Part shown: positions 47,569-56,765 of the stretch, in pieces
Layout of the letters: every line of letters starts with the position of its first letter
Position numbering within the stretch: the first letter of the stretch is position 1
NCBI GenBank assembly: GCA_963666965.1
Contig: OY762939.1
Coordinates: 1,235,287-1,299,286 of the forward strand
Source: Endomicrobiaceae bacterium
GTDB lineage: Bacteria; Elusimicrobiota; Endomicrobiia; Endomicrobiales; Endomicrobiaceae
Reading direction: 5' to 3'
Length of the DNA: 64,000 bases
Program-made: the position numbers and the translations under genes
Notes under the pieces: generated by a model
Database searches by the model: none
What the model saw: only the letters and a program-made list of their open reading frames with translations
What the model was told of the DNA's origin: nothing

Positions 47569-47764
47569 GTATAGTTTATTTATACCTTAAATAGTTTACT
47601 TTATAATAATCTAATTTCTTAGTTCTATTTACAGGTATTATTTTTATAATATATCCTTTGTGGTATACATTAAAACACATATACCTTTAAAGATATATAA
47701 ATGATATGTTTTGAAAAATTATTATATTAAAGATGATATATTATTGAGTTTTATTGGAGGAGTA

Positions 47765-48715
47765 ATGTTAAAACCAAAAGTTTCAATTATAGGATGCGGT
47801 AATGTAGGTATGAGATATGCCTACGCTTTAATGATAAACGGGACTGCAAGGGAAATAACGCTTGTTGATTATGATATAAAAAAGGCAGAAGGCGAGGCCA
47901 TGGACTTATCACACGGAGCTCCATATACTAACCCTGTTAATGTTGTTGCCGGCACCTATAGGGATATAAGCGGTTCTGATTTAGTTGTAATCACAGCCGG
48001 CAAGAAACAAAAACCCGGTCAGACAAGGGTAGACCTTCTTAAAGATAATATAGATTTGTTTAAAAGCATAATTCCTGAAATTATAAAGTATGCTCCGGAT
48101 GCAATTTTAATAATAGCTTCAAATCCGGTTGATATTCTTACTTATGCTGCCTATAAAATATCCGGTAAAAAATCTTCAAAAATTATAGGGTCAGGAACTC
48201 TTTTGGATTCTGCCAGATTTAGATATGAAATAGCCAGACACTGCAATATTGATTCAAGAAGCATACATGCTTATATTTTGGGAGAACACGGCGACAGTGA
48301 ATTTCCCGTATGGAGCAAAGCTACTTTAGGCGGAGTAAATATAGACAGTTACTGCATGCTATGCAACAACAAATCAGACTGCGATCATAAAGCTAAACTT
48401 GACGAAATATTTACCAACGTAAAAAACTCGGCCTATAAGATAATAGAAAAAAAAGGCGAAACTTCGTACGGAATAGGCCTTGCTCTTGTAAGAATCACAC
48501 AGGCAATCCTTCAGAATGAAAACGCTGTTCTTCCCGTATCTGTTTTAATTGAAGATTTTTGCGCAGTAGAAGATGTTTATTTGAGTCTTCCCGCAGTTAT
48601 TAACGCGGAAGGAATAAGACAGGTGCAAAAAATTGAATTTAACGATATAGAAAAAAAATCATTTGTTGAATCTGCAACCGTTCTAAAACAGTTATTGAAA
48701 GAAGTCGGTTTCTAG
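47765..48715 (+). CDS. ldh: L-lactate dehydrogenase (Gln at specificity position 102)
   Basis: RBS ggagga. GCGNVGMRYA Rossmann motif. AGKKQKPGQTRVDL has the Q codon CAA at 48008-48010. LDSARFR and GEHGDS (catalytic His) are present. Confidence 0.8.
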   Translation: MLKPKVSIIGCGNVGMRYAYALMINGTAREITLVDYDIKKAEGEAMDLSHGAPYTNPVNVVAGTYRDISGSDLVVITAGKKQKPGQTRVDLLKDNIDLFKSIIPEIIKYAPDAILIIASNPVDILTYAAYKISGKKSSKIIGSGTLLDSARFRYEIARHCNIDSRSIHAYILGEHGDSEFPVWSKATLGGVNIDSYCMLCNNKSDCDHKAKLDEIFTNVKNSAYKIIEKKGETSYGIGLALVRITQAILQNENAVLPVSVLIEDFCAVEDVYLSLPAVINAEGIRQVQKIEFNDIEKKSFVESATVLKQLLKEVGF

Positions 48716-48717
48716 TT

Positions 48718-49671
48718 ATGGAGAATATATTAAAACCAAAAGTTTCAATTATAGGCTGCGGCAGTGTTGGTATGCGGTATGCTTATGCCTTAATGATAAA
48801 AGGGATAGCCAGAGAAATCACGCTTGTTGACGTTGATATGAAAAAAGCAGAAGGCGAGGCTATGGATTTATCCCACGGCTTGCCTTATACAGATCCTGTT
48901 AATATTGTTGCAGGAGAATATAAAGATACAGCCGGTTCAGATTTAGTTGTTGTGACAGCCGGAAAAAAGCGAAAGGCCGGTCAAACAAGAGTAGATTTAT
49001 TAAAAGATAATATAGATTTATTTAAGACAATAATTCCGGAAATTATGAAATATGCGCCGGATGCAATTTTGCTGATAGTATCCAATCCTGTAGATCTGTT
49101 AACTTACATTACTTATAAAATATCCGGCAAAAAATCTTCTAAAATTATAGGTTCAGGAACTCTTTTAGACACTGCAAGACTTAAAAATGAAATATCAAAA
49201 AACTGCAATATAGATTCAAGAAGTATACATGCTTATATATTAGGGGAACACGGCGACAGCGGATTTCCTGTTTGGAGCAAAGCTGCGGTCGGCGGTATAA
49301 ATATAGAGAAATATTGTCTTCTATGTGATAATAAATGTCAATATAAAAAGAAATTGGAAGAAATATTTAATAATGTCAAAACTTCAGGTTCTGCAATTAT
49401 TGCAAGAAAAGGTGAAACTTCATACGGAATAGGTCTTGCTCTTTTAAAAATTACACAGGCCATTCTTAAGAACGAAAACGCTGTTCTTCCGGTATCCGTA
49501 TTAATTGAAAATATTTACGGTATAAATGATGTGTATTTAAGTTTACCGGCTGTAATTAATTCAGACGGAGTAAGGCAGGTACAAAACATTGAATTGAATG
49601 ACACGGAAAAGCAGGCATTTTTAAAATCGGCAAATGTTTTAAAACAGTTATTGAAAGAAGTGGGATTTTAA
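48718..49671 (+). CDS. LDH paralog with Arg at position 102: predicted malate (oxaloacetate) dehydrogenase specificity
   Basis: Well over 70% identical by eye to the upstream ldh. AGKKRKAGQTRVDL has the R codon CGA at 48970-48972. LDTARLK (Arg173 is replaced by Lys). GEHGDS is conserved. Confidence 0.6.
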   Translation: MENILKPKVSIIGCGSVGMRYAYALMIKGIAREITLVDVDMKKAEGEAMDLSHGLPYTDPVNIVAGEYKDTAGSDLVVVTAGKKRKAGQTRVDLLKDNIDLFKTIIPEIMKYAPDAILLIVSNPVDLLTYITYKISGKKSSKIIGSGTLLDTARLKNEISKNCNIDSRSIHAYILGEHGDSGFPVWSKAAVGGINIEKYCLLCDNKCQYKKKLEEIFNNVKTSGSAIIARKGETSYGIGLALLKITQAILKNENAVLPVSVLIENIYGINDVYLSLPAVINSDGVRQVQNIELNDTEKQAFLKSANVLKQLLKEVGF

Positions 49672-49686
49672 ATACGGAGTTTAATA

Positions 49687-50106
49687 ATGAAAACTTTCAG
49701 AAAAGAACTTACATTCAACACGTCAAAACGAATAGAATTTATAAACATAACCGAGCAGGTTCAGGATGCAATAAACGAAAGCGGCATTAAAGAAGGAATT
49801 TGTCTTGTTAATGCAATGCATATAACGGCAAGCGTTTTTATAAATGATAACGAATACGGACTTCACAGCGATTTTGAAAAATGGCTTGAAAAACTTGCTC
49901 CGCACCAGCCTATAAATTATTACCGTCACAATAATACAGGCGAGGATAACGCCGATTCACATCTTAAAAGACAAATAATGGGAAGAGAAGTTACAGTTGC
50001 AGTTACAAACGGCAGGCTGGATTTTGGTCCTTGGGAACAGATATTTTACGGCGAATTTGACGGAATGAGAAGAAAAAGAGTTTTAATAAAAATAATCGGC
50101 GGTTAA
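49687..50106 (+). CDS. yjbQ: YjbQ/UPF0047 family protein
   Basis: 139 aa. [12 protein letters not shown] ... DNADSHLK ... [18 protein letters not shown] is typical of YjbQ. Confidence 0.75.
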   Translation: MKTFRKELTFNTSKRIEFINITEQVQDAINESGIKEGICLVNAMHITASVFINDNEYGLHSDFEKWLEKLAPHQPINYYRHNNTGEDNADSHLKRQIMGREVTVAVTNGRLDFGPWEQIFYGEFDGMRRKRVLIKIIGG

Positions 50107-50110
50107 GAAA

Positions 50111-51091
50111 TTATAAATTGCCGCTTCCTATCGTTACTTCGCCTGATTCAACAGTTTCAAACTTCCCGTTTGAAGTTTTTACGATAAGATTTCCTTTTTC
50201 GTTGATATCAGTTACATTTCCTTCTTTTTTTAATCCGTTGATAACATATGATATATTCTTATTTAAAATAATTGAATGTTTTTTATATTCCTGTATCAAA
50301 TTTTTATTTTTTAAATCGCCGTATAAAATATTAAGATTATTTGCTATTTCCGCAATCAAAATATTTCTGCTTAAATTATCGCAATAAAGAGAAGTCGCAT
50401 TTTTTTTCATTTCTTTCGGGAAATCTTCGGTTTTTATATTTACGCCTATTCCGACGATAACGCTTTCAGCTGTCTGACTTTCAAAATCTATTGTGGCTTC
50501 CGTTAGAATACCGCATATTTTTTTTCCGTTTAAAAACACATCATTTACCCATTTAATATCTGTATCAATGCCTGTCAGTTTTTTAACTGCTCTTACTACC
50601 GATACAGCCGCAGCTATAGTTATGAGCTGAGTATCTGCAGCATTTTTGTTTGGCTTAAAAACAACGGTCATATAAATGCCTGTTTTTGCGGGGGAAAAAA
50701 ACTTTCTGTCAAATCTTCCTCTTCCGGCAGTTTGTTCATCGGCTGTTATGATTGTTCCGTGTTCTGCCGTTCCTTCGGCGACCATCTTTTTAGCCTGATT
50801 ATTTGTGGAATCAATAGTTTTATAAACGTATATTGCAAAGTGTTTGTTTTCAGGCGACAGATAAAGACGTATTCCTTCTGAGGAAAGAATATCGGAATTT
50901 GCGGAAAGAATATAACCGTTGTTCGTTGACGCTTTTATGGGATAGCCTTCTTTTTTTAATGCATTTACCGCCTTCCACACAGCTGTCCTTGAAACGGAAA
51001 GTTTACCGGCAAGTTCCTGTCCCGAAACTGTTTTTTGTTTGTTTTTTTCAAGAATAGATATTATTTCATTTTTTAAAGACACTTTTATCAC
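50111..51091 (-). CDS. birA: bifunctional biotin-[acetyl-CoA-carboxylase] ligase / biotin operon repressor
   Basis: N-terminal HTH (SGQELAGKLSVSRTAVWKAVNALK), catalytic GRGRFDRKFFSP and KWVNDV motifs, and a C-terminal SH3-like tail. Confidence 0.85.
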   Translation of the reverse strand: MIKVSLKNEIISILEKNKQKTVSGQELAGKLSVSRTAVWKAVNALKKEGYPIKASTNNGYILSANSDILSSEGIRLYLSPENKHFAIYVYKTIDSTNNQAKKMVAEGTAEHGTIITADEQTAGRGRFDRKFFSPAKTGIYMTVVFKPNKNAADTQLITIAAAVSVVRAVKKLTGIDTDIKWVNDVFLNGKKICGILTEATIDFESQTAESVIVGIGVNIKTEDFPKEMKKNATSLYCDNLSRNILIAEIANNLNILYGDLKNKNLIQEYKKHSIILNKNISYVINGLKKEGNVTDINEKGNLIVKTSNGKFETVESGEVTIGSGNL

Positions 51092-51121
51092 CTTTTATTA
51101 AGTTAACATATTAAAATACAA

Positions 51122-51154
51122 ATTGTCAACTTAAATACAATCAGGGTTAACAAT
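51122..51154. promoter_or_regulatory. candidate BirA operator (bioO)
   Basis: ATTGTCAAC-N15-GTTAACAAT is an inverted repeat with one mismatch, 31-63 nt upstream of birA. It matches the TGT(T/A)AAC-N14-16-GTT(A/T)ACA type BirA signal. Confidence 0.5.
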
Positions 51155-51257
51155 GCTTTTTGAAAACCTAATAAATATGCTCAATAATTTTTGCAAAAAA
51201 TATAACAAAAAGATAGAATTGACTGGTATATATATTATTTAAAGGAATTTATATAAA

Positions 51258-53045
51258 ATGGATAAAAAATACGATGTAATTATAATAGGCGCCGGAAATG
51301 CGGGCTGCGAGGCTGCTCTTGCATGTGCAAGAATAGGCGTAAAAACTCTTCTTATGACGCAAAATATGGATAGCGTGGCTAATATGCCGTGCAACCCTGC
51401 CATAGGCGGAATTGCAAAAGGACAGATGGTAAGAGAAATCGACGCTCTGGGCGGAGAAATGGGATGGATAACTGACCAGGCCGGCATAATGTTTAAAGTT
51501 TTAAATAAATCAAGAGGACCGGCAGTATGGTCTCCGAGAGCGCAGTGCGATAAAAAACTTTATTCGGCGTATATGCTCAATTCAATTATCAATCAGAAAA
51601 ATCTTCACATAGTTCAGATGCAAGCGGAAAGAATTATAGTAAAAAATAATAAAGTCTGCTCCGTTGTCACAAAGCTCGGAGACATTGTTGAAACATCGGA
51701 AATAATAGTTACAACCGGAACTTTTTTAAACGGAAAAATATTCGTCGGAAAAACTTTTTTTGACGGAGGCAGATTTAACGAGACATCTTCCGTGAGCCTT
51801 TCTGATTCGCTAAAAAATGACTGCGGACTTGAAATAGACAGATTTACGACTTGTACTCCTCCGAGAATAAACGGATGTTCCGTTGATTATTCTAAAATGG
51901 AGATACAGCCCGGCGATAATCCTCCGATACCCTTTTCTCATTTTACAGATACTGTAAACTGGCAGAAGACAAAAAAGCAGGTGCCGTGCCACATGGTGTA
52001 TACAAATGAAAAAACTCATAAAATAATAGCAGCCAATATTCAGGATTCTTCTCTTTACAACGGGCTTGCCGATGCGCACGGACCGAGATACTGTCCTTCA
52101 ATTGAAGATAAAATAGTCAGGTATGCTCACAGAGAAAGACATCAGTTATTTCTTGAACCGGAAAATCTTGCCACAAAAGAAATTTATATTAACGGTCTTT
52201 TTACCGGCCTTGGCGAAGAAGTCCAGAAACAAATGCTTTGTTCAATAGAAGGTATGGAAAATGTAGTCGTTACGCGTTACGGATACGCAATAGAATATGA
52301 TTATGTTCCTCCGACTCAGCTAAAGCCTACTCTTGAAACAAAAAAAATAGAAAATCTTTTCCTTGCCGGTCAAATTAACGGAACAACAGGATATGAAGAA
52401 GCCGCGGCTCAGGGCATTATAGCCGGAATAAACGCCGCCATGAAATTTATCGGACAGGAACAGGTTGTTTTGACAAGACAGGATGCTTACATTGGTATTT
52501 TAATTGACGATTTAGTGACAAAAGGCGTTGATGAACCTTACAGAATGTTTACTTCAAGAGCAGAATACAGATTAAGCATAAGAAGCGATAACGCAGATCT
52601 TCGTCTTATGGATATAGGAAGAAGAGTAGGGCTTATATCTGATGCAATGTATAAAAGATTTGAGCTTTACAGACAGACGCTTGTTAATATTTATGATAAA
52701 GTAAGTCAGGAAATGCCGTCTGATGAAGAATTATTTCCATGGTCTCAGGCAAAAGTTCAGGATGAAATGGCCATAACGCTTAAGTACGACGGCTATATAC
52801 AAAGACAAAAAAGCAACGCGCTTAAAATATCCAAGTATGAAAATAAAAGAATTCCAAACGACCTGGATTTTAACGTAATTTCGTCTCTTTCAAGAGAAAC
52901 AAAAGAAAAGTTTGCAAAAATAAAACCGGAAACTCTCGGACAGGCGCACAGAATTCCGGGAGTAACTCCTACAGATATAGTATTTTTATATATAGCCATT
53001 GAAAAAATGGCAAGGAGCAAAAAATATGAAAGTCAGAGAATCTGA
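51258..53045 (+). CDS. mnmG: tRNA uridine 5-carboxymethylaminomethyl modification enzyme MnmG (GidA)
   Basis: YDVIIIGAGNAGCEAALACAR ... PSIEDKIVRY ... AGQINGTTGYEEAAAQG. Confidence 0.9.
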   Translation: MDKKYDVIIIGAGNAGCEAALACARIGVKTLLMTQNMDSVANMPCNPAIGGIAKGQMVREIDALGGEMGWITDQAGIMFKVLNKSRGPAVWSPRAQCDKKLYSAYMLNSIINQKNLHIVQMQAERIIVKNNKVCSVVTKLGDIVETSEIIVTTGTFLNGKIFVGKTFFDGGRFNETSSVSLSDSLKNDCGLEIDRFTTCTPPRINGCSVDYSKMEIQPGDNPPIPFSHFTDTVNWQKTKKQVPCHMVYTNEKTHKIIAANIQDSSLYNGLADAHGPRYCPSIEDKIVRYAHRERHQLFLEPENLATKEIYINGLFTGLGEEVQKQMLCSIEGMENVVVTRYGYAIEYDYVPPTQLKPTLETKKIENLFLAGQINGTTGYEEAAAQGIIAGINAAMKFIGQEQVVLTRQDAYIGILIDDLVTKGVDEPYRMFTSRAEYRLSIRSDNADLRLMDIGRRVGLISDAMYKRFELYRQTLVNIYDKVSQEMPSDEELFPWSQAKVQDEMAITLKYDGYIQRQKSNALKISKYENKRIPNDLDFNVISSLSRETKEKFAKIKPETLGQAHRIPGVTPTDIVFLYIAIEKMARSKKYESQRI

Positions 53046-53820
53046 TATTTATGTTTTTTCAGGCACAGGCAACACACTTACAATAGCTAAAAAAATAGCC
53101 GAAGTTTTTAATGCAGGCGGTATTAAAGCCGGAGTTCACAGAATTGAAGCGACAGCGCCTGACAGTATAAATTTGAAGGCAACAATCGGAATAGGCACTA
53201 CAGTAGCCTGCTGGAATACGTATCCTATGGTAAAAAAGTGGATAAAATCTTTGCCTAAAGCCGACGGAACGGAAGTTTTTTTATTTGACACTATGGGTGA
53301 CAGTTCTCTGCGCATGCTGGCTTCAATCGGAAAAGAACTTGAAAAAAAAGGTTATAAAATAATAGGATCAAAAGATTTTATAATGCCAAATAATTTTTTG
53401 CTTGTTGAAACTGAAAATAAAAAACAGGAAAAATTAAATAAGACCATCCCTCTTGTTGAGGAGTTTGCAAGTTCAATTATTGCAGATAAAGCCGATATTG
53501 TAAAAGGCGGACTGGTTTATTCATTGTTTTTTGCGTTTACCTCATTTCTCGTAAACACGTGGCGGTGGAAATTGTCGCAGAAAATATTCGGTTTTAAAAT
53601 AAATAATAAAATTTGCACAAAATGCGGTTTGTGCGTGCAGATTTGTCCGAAAAATAATATTACAATGAACGGTTACCCTGTTTTTAAAGGCAATTGCGAA
53701 CTTTGTTTAAGATGCGTTTCTTATTGTCCTGCAAAAGCAATATCATGCAGACTTCTTTATAAAAACAAAACTCATACCGGCATAGGGGTTCAGGAGATAA
53801 AATGGAGAAGTTTTATATAG
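53026..53820 (+). CDS. flavodoxin-like domain fused to 2x4Fe-4S ferredoxin (EFR1-like)
   Basis: RBS aggag followed by an ATG. The N-terminal YVFSGTGNT is flavodoxin-like. CTKCGLCVQICP and CELCLRCVSYCP are present. The track start at 52999 was rejected. Confidence 0.65.
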   Translation: MKVRESDIYVFSGTGNTLTIAKKIAEVFNAGGIKAGVHRIEATAPDSINLKATIGIGTTVACWNTYPMVKKWIKSLPKADGTEVFLFDTMGDSSLRMLASIGKELEKKGYKIIGSKDFIMPNNFLLVETENKKQEKLNKTIPLVEEFASSIIADKADIVKGGLVYSLFFAFTSFLVNTWRWKLSQKIFGFKINNKICTKCGLCVQICPKNNITMNGYPVFKGNCELCLRCVSYCPAKAISCRLLYKNKTHTGIGVQEIKWRSFI

Positions 53821-54068
53821 ATATTCTCGGATATTTCGCGGCCTCTTTAACCACGATCGCATTTATCCCTCAGGTTTTAAAAACTTTAAAAACAAAATCG
53901 GCAAAAGATGTTTCAACCGGTATGTTTGTTTCTTTTACGATAGGCGTTTTTTTATGGATAATGTACGGAATAGCAAATAATAATAAACCTATTTGGATTT
54001 CCAATTTGATAATTTTTTGTCTTGCCGTAACGCAGATTGTATTGAAATTTAAATACGATAGAAAATAA
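53802..54068 (+). CDS. SemiSWEET (PQ-loop, 3-TM) transporter
   Basis: 88 aa, three TM helices, PQ motif in TM1 (TTIAFIPQVLKT). Overlaps the upstream gene by 19 nt. Confidence 0.7.
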   Translation: MEKFYIDILGYFAASLTTIAFIPQVLKTLKTKSAKDVSTGMFVSFTIGVFLWIMYGIANNNKPIWISNLIIFCLAVTQIVLKFKYDRK

Positions 54069-54080
54069 ATTTTATTTAAC

Positions 54081-54153
54081 GTGCCCATAGCTCAATCGGA
54101 TAGAGCGCTGGTTTCCGGAGCCAGTGATTCCGGTTCAACTCCGGATGGGCACG
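54081..54153 (+). tRNA. tRNA-Arg(CCG)
   Basis: Acceptor gtgccca/tgggcac, anticodon stem ctggt/gccag with loop ttCCGga, T-arm ccggttcaactccgg. Confidence 0.85.
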
Positions 54154-54170
54154 AATTTATACAGATTCTT

Positions 54171-55043
54171 ATGAACGATAATATAAAAAAACTTTATCAA
54201 CTTACTGAAAAATGCTCTCTTTGTCCTAGAAAATGCGGGGTCAACAGATTAAAAGGCGAGCTTGGTTTTTGCAGATCCCTAAACGAGATAAGAGTTGCAA
54301 GCATTAATATCCATACGGGGGAAGAACCTCCGATATCCGGAACAAAAGGATCCGGAACCGTATTTTTTTCAAACTGTACGCTGTCATGCGTATTCTGCCA
54401 GAATTATCCTATAAGCCAGCTTGGCAACGGCTATCTTTTAACAACGGAGCAGCTTGCCGATAAGATGCTGGAACTGCAGAAAAAAGGCGCACACAATATA
54501 AATTTTGTGACTCCAAGCCATATGTATCATCTTATGGCTGAAAGCGTGTTTATAGCAAAACAGAAAGGTTTGAAAATTCCCATACTGGCAAACTGCAGCG
54601 GTTATGAAAGCGTTGAAACGTTGGAACTTATGGAAGATTTTATAGATATTTATATGCCTGATATGAAATATGCTGATGATAAATTCGCAAAAAAATATTC
54701 AAATGTTTCAGATTATACAAAAGTGAACAAAGCGGCAATAAAGGAAATGTTCAGACAGAAAGGCAATCTTTTCATTAATGAATCTGAGATTGCAGAAAAG
54801 GGACTTCTAATCAGGCATCTTGTTTTGCCTAACGCAATAGCAGGTTCAAAAGATATTTTTGATTTTATTGCAAATGAAATATCGGTTAATGCATATGTGA
54901 GCGTAATGGCTCAGTATCATACGGCAAATAAATCGGACGAAGTTGAAGAACTTGCAAGAAAAATAACAGAAGAAGAATATGATCAGTCCGTAAATGATTT
55001 TTATGATTCGGGCCTTCACAACGGCTGGGTGCAGGATTTATAA
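54171..55043 (+). CDS. radical SAM protein, PflX-like (putative glycyl-radical-enzyme activase family)
   Basis: CSLCPRKCGVNR N-terminal Cys motif and the cluster FFSNCTLSCVFCQNY. The start was moved to ATG 54171 because the track ORF begins inside tRNA-Arg. Confidence 0.7.
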   Translation: MNDNIKKLYQLTEKCSLCPRKCGVNRLKGELGFCRSLNEIRVASINIHTGEEPPISGTKGSGTVFFSNCTLSCVFCQNYPISQLGNGYLLTTEQLADKMLELQKKGAHNINFVTPSHMYHLMAESVFIAKQKGLKIPILANCSGYESVETLELMEDFIDIYMPDMKYADDKFAKKYSNVSDYTKVNKAAIKEMFRQKGNLFINESEIAEKGLLIRHLVLPNAIAGSKDIFDFIANEISVNAYVSVMAQYHTANKSDEVEELARKITEEEYDQSVNDFYDSGLHNGWVQDL

Positions 55044-55066
55044 TTTTATATAATCGGGGATAAGCT

Positions 55067-55477
55067 ATGTTTGACAAAAAAAAACTTACGGTACTGCTTG
55101 CAGCCGGATTGACTTTACTACTTGGGCCCGGGGCAGGTCATTTGATATTAAGAGAATGGAAAAAAGCAATTTTTTTTATTTTTCTGGCGATGGCTTTATT
55201 TTCAATTATAGCCATTAATTTCATATCAGAGGTCGGAAGAGATGCAATAATGGCCGTAGCAAATATGCAGGGCGTTCCGGAGATGGGGAAGTTTAAAGAA
55301 TTATACTATAAATTTCAGGATGAAAATCCGAAAATGATTCTTTTTTTTGATATTGCTCTTTCAGCTTTATGGGCATATTCGATAGTTGATATTTTTATTA
55401 CGGCTAAAATGAAAGGAATGTTTAAAAAAGACGCTCAGAAAGAAGATGATAACGATGAAAATAATAATGAAAATTAA
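55067..55477 (+). CDS. hypothetical membrane protein with acidic tail
   Basis: 136 aa, 3 TM helices, C-terminal DDNDENNNEN. No family recognised. Confidence 0.4.
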   Translation: MFDKKKLTVLLAAGLTLLLGPGAGHLILREWKKAIFFIFLAMALFSIIAINFISEVGRDAIMAVANMQGVPEMGKFKELYYKFQDENPKMILFFDIALSALWAYSIVDIFITAKMKGMFKKDAQKEDDNDENNNEN

Positions 55478-56765
55478 GAAAATTTTGATAATTTGTCTGT
55501 TGATGTCTGCAGGATATTCTTTGGCGTATTGCGGATATAAAGGGGTTAATTGTATGAAGCTTTCAAACGGTGTTACAGTTGTTATAAAAAAAGATGATTC
55601 CGTGCCTGTTGCGTCGGTAAATGTATGGGTTAAAACAGGATCAATAAATGAAAAGTCTTTTCAGTCCGGTCTGTCTCATTTTATAGAACATCTTATGTTT
55701 AAAGGCAGCAGAAACTATCAGGGCGACCTGATGACAAGAAACGTCGAAAAAATGGGCGGGATTATAAATGCCGCCACTTCAAAAGAATATACGTGTTATT
55801 ATATAGATATCCAGAAAGACGGATGCATTGAGGCGTTAAAAATGCTTGCCGATACCGTTTCAAATCCAATGTTTCCGCCTGAAGAAATAGAACAGGAACG
55901 AAAAGTAGTAGTTGAGGAAATACAAAGGCATAAAGACAGTCCGCAGTCTATGCTTTTTGAATATTTTATGGAAACGCTATATAAAAACAGCGATTACAAA
56001 AATAGCATAATAGGTTCATCAGACGTTATAAAGAATATTTCAAGAGACGAAATCATAAAATATTATAAAATTCATTATGTTCCGCAGAATATTTTTGTAG
56101 CGGTAGTAGGAGATTTTGACAAAGAACAAGTTTTGGCGACAATAGAAGATACGTTTGGAAAATTTGAAAAAGGAACTGCGCCTGCTGAACCTGTTATCAT
56201 AGAAACATCCGACAAAGTTACAGATTTTAACGCAAAGGAGAAAACGGTTCATACATATCTGCTTGCAGGATTTAAAGGCCCCGATATGGCTTCAGACGAT
56301 ATTTATGTCGCAGACGTTGCTTTAAGCATACTTGGTTCCGGAAAATCTTCAAGGCTTTACAGAGTTTTAAAAGAAGAAAAAAATATCGTGTTTTCGATAA
56401 GTTCATCATTTATGACTTTAAGAGGAACCGGCAGCGCTTTTATCTCGGCGGTATTTGAACCTTCAAAATATAAAGAAGCTGTTGAAGCTGTAGAAAACGA
56501 ACTTGATAAATTTACTAAAGAAGGACCTACGGAAGCAGAACTTAAAAAAATTAAAACTAATATAAAATCGTCATGGATTTTCGGTCTTCAGACTTTCAGC
56601 GATCAGGCCGGCCAGCTCGGATACTGGTATTCACAGGGACATCCCGAGAAATTCGAAAATTATCTAAAAAATGTTGACAAGATTACCGTTGATGACGTGA
56701 AAAAATTCATGAATAAATATTATTCGAAAGAAAAAATGTCGAAGGTATCAATATGTCCAAAATAG
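55467..56765 (+). CDS. M16 family zinc peptidase (active subunit)
   Basis: HxxEH zinc motif in SHFIEHLMFKG. Signal-like start MKIKKILIICLLMSAG (the track start at 55446 is also possible). Confidence 0.8.
   Translation: MKIKKILIICLLMSAGYSLAYCGYKGVNCMKLSNGVTVVIKKDDSVPVASVNVWVKTGSINEKSFQSGLSHFIEHLMFKGSRNYQGDLMTRNVEKMGGIINAATSKEYTCYYIDIQKDGCIEALKMLADTVSNPMFPPEEIEQERKVVVEEIQRHKDSPQSMLFEYFMETLYKNSDYKNSIIGSSDVIKNISRDEIIKYYKIHYVPQNIFVAVVGDFDKEQVLATIEDTFGKFEKGTAPAEPVIIETSDKVTDFNAKEKTVHTYLLAGFKGPDMASDDIYVADVALSILGSGKSSRLYRVLKEEKNIVFSISSSFMTLRGTGSAFISAVFEPSKYKEAVEAVENELDKFTKEGPTEAELKKIKTNIKSSWIFGLQTFSDQAGQLGYWYSQGHPEKFENYLKNVDKITVDDVKKFMNKYYSKEKMSKVSICPK

Noticed and set aside
54081-54170. The track start of the PflX-like radical SAM ORF at 54081.
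   Set aside because: The first 24 codons are the tRNA-Arg(CCG) gene. The ATG at 54171 gives a normal N-terminus, MNDNIKKLYQ.
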